From: Candidatus Poribacteria bacterium
GTDB lineage: Bacteria > Poribacteria > WGA-4E > DTYX01
Assembly: GCA_012961655.1 (NCBI GenBank)
Contig: DTYX01000219.1
Coordinates: forward strand, 1 to 28,708
Length of the DNA stretch: 28,708 nt
Reading direction: 5' to 3'
The first letter of the stretch is position 1, and every line of letters begins with the position of its first letter. The translations under genes were made by a program, and so were the position numbers. Shown here piece by piece: positions 17,004 through 23,660 of this stretch. Below the pieces are notes generated by a model. It searched no databases. It was not told the origin of the DNA and saw only the letters and a program-made list of their open reading frames with translations.

Positions 17004-19184
17004 CTACACAGACATATGTTCTGTTCTCGCGATTACCTCCGCTTGCATATTCGGATTCAGATGCACGAAATAATCCGAATAGCCGGCTACTCTGACAAGT
17101 AGGTCCTGGTAATTCTCGGGATGTGCTTGCGCGTCGCGCAGGACATCAGCGTTGACGACGTTGACCTGTATCTCGAATCCGCCTCGTCTGAGATAAGTCT
17201 CGATAAGATTTCTGAGACCAGCAAGACCTTCGTCTGTGCTGAGAGCGCTCTGCGAGAATTTCACGTTATGCACCAGCCCGCCGATTGCCTTCTTGTGGTT
17301 CCATTTGGTTGTAGAAAGCACCGATGCAGTGGGCCCTGACTTCTCGCGTCCTTGAGCGGCGCCAGCTCCATCAGCGAGTGGAAATCCGGCGTGCCGTCCA
17401 TCGGGCGTGCCTCCGGTCTCAGAGCCGAAACGTTCATGGACAACCCAGCAGAAGAAGCCAGGGACATAGGAGTGTAGGCCTACGGTATTCGATTCTGTGG
17501 TCTCTTGTAGAAAATGCGCCCACTCGACGGCAAGCCGATCAGGTTCTTCGTTATTGTTGCCGTAGCTCGGAATGCGGTTGACGATACGCTGACGGAGCGC
17601 CTCGCGACCTTCGTAATCGGCTTGAAGTATCTCTCGGAATTCACCAATGGAAAGTTCTTTTGAATCGTAGACGAGATGTTTAATCGCCATGAGTCCATCC
17701 ACCAGATTAGCAAGTCCCACAAAGGAGTTCTCAACCCAATTGTATCGAGCGCCGCCGCGGTCAAAATCCAATCCTCTCTCAAGGCAGTCACTAATGAGAC
17801 AACTCGCCAGCGGGAAACACCCTGTTTCTGCTCGACGATGCCAGACGCCGTCGAGATTTTCAGCGGCGACTCGCACAGTTTCAGCCATGCGCTCCTTAAC
17901 GCGGACGTTAAGCTCATAGAAAGTAACAGGTTCAGGTATCGAGCCATCCGCGACGAAGTCCATCACTTCCAAGAGCGCTTTAGGACAGTTGAAGTAGGGC
18001 GCGGTCACCCACATATTTGAAGCGCCGACTACCTTAATCTCAACGCAGGTTGAGTTCATGTAGTTATAGGAGTCGGCTTTGGAAACGCCGTAGTCGCGCA
18101 GAGCTGAGGCGATAAGCTCATCGTTGAAGAAGGCGGGGTCGCCAATGCCGGTGCTAATCATTCGGCAGGCAAAATCGGTAAGCTCTGATGGCGTTCCCTC
18201 ATGCCACGCCAAACCAACGGTGGGGTACACCAGTTGTGTTGCCATACGGGCAGCCAGACAGAGGTAGGTCAATTCGTTTGTTACATCGTTCCCACTCCCG
18301 TCGCGTCCACCGACCATCACAGATTCCGCGGAGCCAGGCCCAAGAATCATGTTCAGTTGGATATAAAGGCAGCAAATCAATTCGAGCGCTTCATCCCGCG
18401 TGATGCGGCCGGCAGCTAGGTCAGCCTCGTAGAACGGGCGCAAAGTCTGGTCCATTCTGCCGGGAGTCGTAAGCCCGTGGTCTTCGCCAAACCAGAGCGC
18501 GATGATGGTAAGGTACATCAACTGTATCGCCTCATGGAAAGTTTCCGGAGGCTCAGTCGAAACGCGGTGGCAGATATCTGCTAGCCCCCGCCAACGCTTC
18601 GCATTGGCTTCATCGGCTATAACAGCAGCGCTCTCGCATTCGTCAGCAACTCGCCTTGCATATTCGGACAATCCCTGTATCGCGATGTCGCAAGCCTGGT
18701 AAAATGTCTTCTGCTCATCTGTTGTAGAGATGTTCATTCTGGATTTGATTTCCTCGCGGATGCCGCCTACCCCAAGCAGAAAGAGCTTCTCGAAATCGGG
18801 ATGGAAATGTCCTGAGTCGCCGCCGGGATAGGGCGGAATCGTCCTTAGAATCCCCTGAACATCCGCTATCTTCTGAGCCTCTACTGGAGTAGGAGGACGA
18901 AGCTCCGGTCGCCCTACTATGCGCTCGCCCTGAGATAGAGAGATAGGCATTCCCCCAAGTCTCGCCGCTGTCCGCCGAGCCCGCCAAATCAGCCAGTCCT
19001 CGTCGTCCGAATGCTCCGACCAGGATTTGGCGTCAATCAACGGCAATGTCGGAATGCCGTGTATACCCGACCTCTGTTGTTCCAATGCAGCATCTCGCAA
19101 TGCCGCAATCTCCGGCTTCAGCATGAGCGACACTACAGCGTTATTAATTGGAAGCTCTATTGTATTATCAACTTTATGTGCCAT
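17004..19184 (-). CDS. Glycyl radical enzyme (PFL-like superfamily), eliminase-type active site, substrate unknown
   Basis: 726 aa with the C-terminal glycyl motif LLVRVAGYSDYF, a single-Cys loop NSTCVEI, GRMDQ, GGRD, GDPAFFND, YGNN and TPDGR. RBS aaggaga. Confidence 0.92.
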   Translation of the reverse strand: MAHKVDNTIELPINNAVVSLMLKPEIAALRDAALEQQRSGIHGIPTLPLIDAKSWSEHSDDEDWLIWRARRTAARLGGMPISLSQGERIVGRPELRPPTPVEAQKIADVQGILRTIPPYPGGDSGHFHPDFEKLFLLGVGGIREEIKSRMNISTTDEQKTFYQACDIAIQGLSEYARRVADECESAAVIADEANAKRWRGLADICHRVSTEPPETFHEAIQLMYLTIIALWFGEDHGLTTPGRMDQTLRPFYEADLAAGRITRDEALELICCLYIQLNMILGPGSAESVMVGGRDGSGNDVTNELTYLCLAARMATQLVYPTVGLAWHEGTPSELTDFACRMISTGIGDPAFFNDELIASALRDYGVSKADSYNYMNSTCVEIKVVGASNMWVTAPYFNCPKALLEVMDFVADGSIPEPVTFYELNVRVKERMAETVRVAAENLDGVWHRRAETGCFPLASCLISDCLERGLDFDRGGARYNWVENSFVGLANLVDGLMAIKHLVYDSKELSIGEFREILQADYEGREALRQRIVNRIPSYGNNNEEPDRLAVEWAHFLQETTESNTVGLHSYVPGFFCWVVHERFGSETGGTPDGRHAGFPLADGAGAAQGREKSGPTASVLSTTKWNHKKAIGGLVHNVKFSQSALSTDEGLAGLRNLIETYLRRGGFEIQVNVVNADVLRDAQAHPENYQDLLVRVAGYSDYFVHLNPNMQAEVIARTEHMSV

Positions 19185-19216
19185 GATGTTTCTCCTTAGC
19201 CATTATGTTTGGGGTT

Positions 19217-19771
19217 TTAGAGATGCAGTAGTTCCTTGATACATAAATTGCGAAACGCGACCTCTTGCGGTGGGCCTGCATGAAGTTGGAGCCCGATTAA
19301 TCCTGTCCTCGCCCCTTTTGGGTCATTTAGTTCGGCTGTTACAACTCCATTCAGGATTAAAATAATGTAATCCTCGACGGCGCAAATTTGGTATTCATTC
19401 CAATCTTCTGGACGAAGAATCGACTCGATAAGTTGTGGTTTATAATGCACCAGATGCCCTCGTAAAGCTTCTTCGTAGAGCGCCCCCCAGCAGCCGTCGC
19501 CGATGTCCGCCTGATATCCCGCCATATGTCCATCTTCACGGACGATACTTCGGAACTGTATGCCACTATTGTAACCGCGTAGGCGCACTTCGCTGGACAT
19601 AATGAAGTTGGCATATTCCTTCTCTGTCCTCAGAAAATCGTTGTAACTCAGATTTTCAGTAGTACGACCGACCAGAACTCCATCTTCAACTTTCCAGAGA
19701 TTGGCGTCGCCAACCCAACCGGTTAAATCTTTGCCATTAAAAAGCGGTGTAAAACCTGATTTAATGTTCAT
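19217..19771 (-). CDS. DUF1080 (3-keto-glycoside hydrolase/hydratase family), cytoplasmic
   Basis: 184 aa from ATG 19771 (RBS aaggaga) with FTPLFNGKDLTGW, NSGIQFRS, GYQADI, WNEYQI, NGV and GLIGLQLH. No signal peptide. Confidence 0.92.
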   Translation of the reverse strand: MNIKSGFTPLFNGKDLTGWVGDANLWKVEDGVLVGRTTENLSYNDFLRTEKEYANFIMSSEVRLRGYNSGIQFRSIVREDGHMAGYQADIGDGCWGALYEEALRGHLVHYKPQLIESILRPEDWNEYQICAVEDYIILILNGVVTAELNDPKGARTGLIGLQLHAGPPQEVAFRNLCIKELLHL

Positions 19772-19967
19772 TTTACTCTCCTTGAATGGTGATTTGGTAT
19801 TATCTAACACATTTCATTCAAAATTTCAAGATTCTATCCCAGTGAATAAAACACGAGTATTCTGTTCTATAATGTGTAATACGTAATTTTTTCTTTTTAC
19901 GCATTACGTACCTATTTCCTATGTGTATCATTAGAAGATGTAGTTTGTTTTTTAAATCTTCAGCTAC

Positions 19968-21170
19968 CTAAATATTCCATCGCTCATCGATTTCACGTTG
20001 AAAAGCATTAAAGCGTCCTGAGATGACATCTTCCATTCGCACCGCTTGTCCACAGGCGTCGGATTCATATACCGCTTCGCAAATAGCTTGCGCTGCGAAA
20101 GCATCCTCACCGCTTATCTCAGGTTTCTCACCCGTCCTTATGGAGTCAAAGAAATTATAGAAAGCTATCGCCGATGGGTTCGTCATACCGTGCGGGAAGA
20201 ACTTCTCTTTCTCCTTAGCGGTTATGGATTCCATGAACTTATTTTCAAGTTCTGACATCGGCGTATATTCGCCGCTTTTGGATAAGACACCTTCATTGTC
20301 GAGGCTTCCTTCGCTGCCGTAATATCTGACTATGTCCAAAGGCTTCCCCGTTGCGGCGTGCGTCCAGGTAAAAGAAGCTAAAAGCCCGCTTTCAAAAGTC
20401 AGAATCGCGAAAGCGGTATCCTCGACATCTGACGGGACGGGGTTTTTCCAGTTTTGCGTGTCGAGGTAACGTGTTGTCTCGAAATTCCTTATCTTTGCGT
20501 ACACTTCAGCGACATCACCGAAGACCATTCGCAGAAAATCTATGTAATGCACCTCGCCGTCGTGCACCCATCCACCTCCGGACATCAATTTCTGATGCCT
20601 CCAGGGCGTTCCGACCACGACTCCAAGGCTGAACCTGGCGTGCTGATAGAAGAAGAATCTCGGCTCCCCGATAAGCCCCGCTCGATTTATCGCCCAATCG
20701 ATAGTTCGGTTCCCGACGCTACGACGCATCGGTTCAGCACAGGCGAGTATCCTATTGTTCTTTTTCACTGCTTGGAGCATCTTCAATCCAGCCTTTATCG
20801 TTATAGCGAACGGCTTTTCGACCACGACGTTTAATCCCTTGTTCAAAGCGTCAATGCTGGGTTGGTGATGCGCGAAATGAGGAGTGGCGACGCTGACGGC
20901 GTCGAGTTCTTCCTTTTCCAACATCTCCTTATAATCTGTATAGGTGACAGGCTTACTCGATTGAAATGAGCCGATTTTTGCCGCGATGTTTTCAGCCCGT
21001 TCCGAATCCAGGTCAGATGCAGCCGCAACTTCGAAAAGACCGGGTACCGTCTCATATATCTCACCGTAGCTTGTTACATGATGTCCGACTATCATCCCAC
21101 ATCCTATAAGACCTAAACGAATAGGGTTCATAAAATTTGGCGCAAGAAACTCCGTCTGTTCGTCTGACAT
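19968..21170 (-). CDS. Gfo/Idh/MocA family NAD(P)-dependent oxidoreductase
   Basis: Up to 400 aa with the Rossmann motif IRLGLIGCG, VATPHFAH, VVVEKP, GGWVHDGEVHYID and EDTAF. The start may be 21170 or 21131. Confidence 0.92.
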   Translation of the reverse strand: MSDEQTEFLAPNFMNPIRLGLIGCGMIVGHHVTSYGEIYETVPGLFEVAAASDLDSERAENIAAKIGSFQSSKPVTYTDYKEMLEKEELDAVSVATPHFAHHQPSIDALNKGLNVVVEKPFAITIKAGLKMLQAVKKNNRILACAEPMRRSVGNRTIDWAINRAGLIGEPRFFFYQHARFSLGVVVGTPWRHQKLMSGGGWVHDGEVHYIDFLRMVFGDVAEVYAKIRNFETTRYLDTQNWKNPVPSDVEDTAFAILTFESGLLASFTWTHAATGKPLDIVRYYGSEGSLDNEGVLSKSGEYTPMSELENKFMESITAKEKEKFFPHGMTNPSAIAFYNFFDSIRTGEKPEISGEDAFAAQAICEAVYESDACGQAVRMEDVISGRFNAFQREIDERWNI

Positions 21171-21274
21171 TCAGAGTCATGCGCCTTGACACCTCCCCTT
21201 GAGTTTTAGAATTTGGGGTTACACGTCAGTCCCGGGTAACCCAAAATAGCGAAAGATAAAGCAAATAAAAGTAT

Positions 21275-21332
21275 CGTGAAACGTGAAAGAATTCTATATT
21301 TACATTTTACGTTTCACATCTCGCGTTTTACA
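21275..21332. repeat. Degenerate heptamer tandem/inverted repeat
   Basis: Two cgtgaaa units, then five inverted-sense units (atttaca, ttttacg, tttcaca, tctcgcg, ttttaca) directly after the VOC stop. Confidence 0.55.
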
Positions 21333-21334
21333 TC

Positions 21335-21706
21335 TTATACCGGCTCCGCGCGCCAAACTATCTGGCACCGATTTCCCTCTGGGTCATTGAAAAATATGAC
21401 TCTGGTCCCCGGAAAAGGGCTTACTTCAGCTTCCAGCGGTACGCCGTTTGCCTTCAGTTTTTCCATGGTTTTATCGAAATCATCGGTTTTGAAAGCTAAA
21501 TGAAAAACCGAGCCGGTGTCGATTGTTGGAGCAGGTTCACTACGTGGAATAATCTCGATGCACACGCCATCCGCATCCTTCACGAAAAAAACTGGAGGCG
21601 TGGCATCGCTTTCGTAGGCTACATCCATATCGAAGTTTTTACAATACCAATCTTTTAATGCTACGGTATCATTTGCAAATATGGCAACATGCTCAATTGT
21701 AGTCAT
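21335..21706 (-). CDS. VOC / glyoxalase family protein
   Basis: 123 aa with EHVAI, WY...F, IEI, HLAF, and FFNDPEGN..QI. Confidence 0.92.
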   Translation of the reverse strand: MTTIEHVAIFANDTVALKDWYCKNFDMDVAYESDATPPVFFVKDADGVCIEIIPRSEPAPTIDTGSVFHLAFKTDDFDKTMEKLKANGVPLEAEVSPFPGTRVIFFNDPEGNRCQIVWRAEPV

Positions 21707-21748
21707 AACTACCTCCCAAGTATGCTGTGTTTATAATTCGACGGGAAT

Positions 21749-21777
21749 ATTGTAGCATTGGAAGCAAATATTGTCAA
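21749..21777 (-). promoter_or_regulatory. Sigma70 promoter for the VOC gene and possibly the downstream run
   Basis: Minus strand TTGACA-N17-TACAAT with an extended -10 TG. Confidence 0.8.
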
Positions 21778-21794
21778 TGAACTTAGAAACCGAG

Positions 21795-21897
21795 CATAAA
21801 TTCCCCACGCGAAAAAGTAGCAGAATTGGCAACAATTCTGAAACTCGTCTGTAGTCCGAAGTCTTGCGACTACGAAAATTCTATCATGGGGGATTTG
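21795..21897 (+). mobile_element. MITE/REPIN-like composite element, copy 2, flanked by 11-bp direct repeats
   Basis: Runs cataaattccccacg...GTAG-CAGAATTG-GCAA-CAATTCTG...gtagtccgaagtcttgcgactac...catgggggatttg. TAGAAACCGAG occurs at both 21784-21794 and 21898-21908. Confidence 0.75.
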
Positions 21898-21898
21898 T

Positions 21899-21932
21899 AG
21901 AAACCGAGTTTTGCAAAAAAAACTTGGTTTCT
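21899..21932. repeat. AGAAACCGAG palindromic repeat
   Basis: 14-bp arms agaaaccgagtttt and aaaacttggtttct with one G-U pair. Confidence 0.75.
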
Positions 21933-22013
21933 GAACTGTGATAAGATAAAATATCTACTAAAACCGATTTATTGAATATCGATTTCTGATTCTTTTTCTG
22001 ACAGGAGATTAAA

Positions 22014-22727
22014 ATGTATGGTTGGAAAGGAAAAATTGGACTGCTTGTGCCGTCGGTCAATACTGTTGTTGAGCCGGAAACAAATCGAATGGCTCCCGAA
22101 GGCATCAACATTTATGCAACTCGTATGAGAAATGCGACGGTCGATGTAGAAAATACGAGGGATATGCTCAGTCATCTGAATCGTGCGGCTGATGAGTTGG
22201 CGAGCGCCAAAATGGATGTTATCGCATTTGCTTGCACGGCAGGTAGCTTCTTTGAAGGAACTTCAGGAGAACAAGAACTCAAAACGACTATCGAACGCAT
22301 TGCAAGCGCGCCTGCCGTTACGACTTCAGGCGCAGTAGTGAAAGCGCTGCGATTACTGCATCTTAACAAAATAGTCGTTGCCACGCCTTACCCGGATGAT
22401 ATGAATAATCTGGAACGCAAATTTTTGGTGGCAAATGGTTTTGACGCGCTTGACATCAAGGGGCTTGGCATAGTTGATGCTTGGTCTATTGGCGCGGTAA
22501 CACCTGAAGAGACCTACGATTTTGCCAGAAAAGTTTTCAGTGCTGATGCTGACGGCATGTTCATCAGTTGTACCAATCTGCGCACAATCGAAGTTATTGA
22601 GCGTCTGGAAAAAGAGACGGGCAAACCTGTAGTTACCAGCAACCAGGCGACATTTTGGGCATGTCTGAGAGCGATAAGATACACGGAAACGATACAAGGT
22701 TATGGAAAGTTATTTGAGAATAAATAG
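22014..22727 (+). CDS. Asp/Glu racemase superfamily protein, maleate cis-trans isomerase / arylmalonate decarboxylase-like
   Basis: 237 aa with GLLVPSVNTVVEPE, two catalytic-type Cys motifs (FACTAGS and ISCTNL), TPY and KPVVTSNQA. Confidence 0.87.
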   Translation: MYGWKGKIGLLVPSVNTVVEPETNRMAPEGINIYATRMRNATVDVENTRDMLSHLNRAADELASAKMDVIAFACTAGSFFEGTSGEQELKTTIERIASAPAVTTSGAVVKALRLLHLNKIVVATPYPDDMNNLERKFLVANGFDALDIKGLGIVDAWSIGAVTPEETYDFARKVFSADADGMFISCTNLRTIEVIERLEKETGKPVVTSNQATFWACLRAIRYTETIQGYGKLFENK

Positions 22728-22755
22728 AAACCGAGTTTTTCAGAAACTCGGTTTC
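22727..22755. repeat. AGAAACCGAG palindromic repeat, probable bidirectional terminator
   Basis: 12-bp arms gaaaccgagttt and aaactcggtttc. It begins at the TAG stop and lies between convergent genes. Confidence 0.78.
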
Positions 22756-22802
22756 GGATTCTTTAGAACGCTCCCATGGATGATACGATAGCTTCCGAAA
22801 AT

Positions 22803-23474
22803 TTATTCAGAAATCTTCATCGCCCAGAGTATTCCCTCAAGCAGATGTTTCTGCAGCCATTCCTCATGCCAAAGCTCCTTTGGATGACCGAATGCTGTGT
22901 AGAAGACACGTCCTTCGCCGTAGTTATGACACCAGGCGAGGGCATAGTCGTTATCCTCACGATTGCCCTTGCTGAGGTCAACTGAGTTGTTGTCGAGCCT
23001 TATCAGAACATGAGTTTTATCGCGAGACCAATCCCTGTGGACGTATATCTCATCGAAGACCTTAAATGAGGCTGGGAGATGCCGAGTAGACGGGTGATTT
23101 CCATCCTCGACTATGGCGACTACCTCTTGCGTCCATGGATGTCCGTTGAAATAACCGCCTATCATCTCCCCGTATTCAGGAAATTTGTAGAAAGTATCAG
23201 TGGCGTTGTGGACACCGATGAACGCTTTACCTGATTTAACAAAGTCTAAAATCGACTGCTTCTGTTCGTCGGACATCGGTAGTTCACCCGTCGTCGCAAA
23301 AAGCAGGGCATCGTAATTTTTCAGGTTTTCAGCGTTTATCAATGAACAATCCTGAGTGGCAGTCGCCTCAAACTGACCCGATTTTCTCCCTATTTCCATC
23401 ACGGTTTCTTCCGCATTCGGAAGATAATCATGTACGAACCCAGCCGAGTGGGTTAGCATCAATAACTTTTTCAT
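22803..23474 (-). CDS. ThuA-like domain protein (class I glutamine amidotransferase-like fold)
   Basis: 223 aa with THSAGFVH, FIGVHNATDT, IGGYFNGHPW, HPSTRHLP, DEIY, AWC..YGEGRVFYTAFGH and HLLEGILWA. Confidence 0.9.
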   Translation of the reverse strand: MKKLLMLTHSAGFVHDYLPNAEETVMEIGRKSGQFEATATQDCSLINAENLKNYDALLFATTGELPMSDEQKQSILDFVKSGKAFIGVHNATDTFYKFPEYGEMIGGYFNGHPWTQEVVAIVEDGNHPSTRHLPASFKVFDEIYVHRDWSRDKTHVLIRLDNNSVDLSKGNREDNDYALAWCHNYGEGRVFYTAFGHPKELWHEEWLQKHLLEGILWAMKISE

Positions 23475-23510
23475 ATTTCCCTCCCAAAAACAGATTTGTT
23501 TAGCTTATTG

Positions 23511-23539
23511 AGTATAACAGATTAAAAGACATAAGTCAA
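23511..23539 (-). promoter_or_regulatory. Sigma70 promoter for the ThuA gene
   Basis: Minus strand TTGACT-N17-TATACT with an extended -10 TG. Confidence 0.8.
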
Positions 23540-23544
23540 CGACA

Positions 23545-23658
23545 CAGAATTCCCCAAGCGAAGAAGTAGTGAGATGTAGCCGAATTTTCCAAAATTCGGG
23601 CAGTCGAATCTCCTAAGTCTTGCGACTTCGTCTACAAAAATCTCTCATAGAGGATTTG
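23545..23658 (+). mobile_element. MITE/REPIN-like composite element, copy 3 (diverged, different cargo)
   Basis: Ends cagaattccccaagcgaagaagtag and ctacaaaaatctctcatagaggatttg align with copy 2. Cargo: 23576(+) GTAG-CCGAATTTT-CC-AAAATTCGG and 23612-23635(-) GTAG-AC-GAAGTC-GCAA-GACTT. Confidence 0.65.
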
Positions 23659-23660
23659 TA

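Noticed and set aside
16825-17080. Open frame continuing past the nitroreductase TGA (possible readthrough or selenocysteine)
   Set aside because: The nitroreductase is already full length, I see no SECIS-like hairpin directly after the TGA, and the frame runs through a repeat into the antisense of the GRE.
17004-19184. Calling the GRE pflB or cutC
   Set aside because: It lacks the PFL Cys-Cys pair and the CutC-type GGGD/GCVEP residues.
21061-21196. GGAGG better spaced to an out-of-frame ATG (21180) upstream of the Gfo gene, suggesting a uORF or frameshift
   Set aside because: In-frame starts exist at 21170 and 21131, and the 39-aa alternative peptide has no features. The evidence is too weak.
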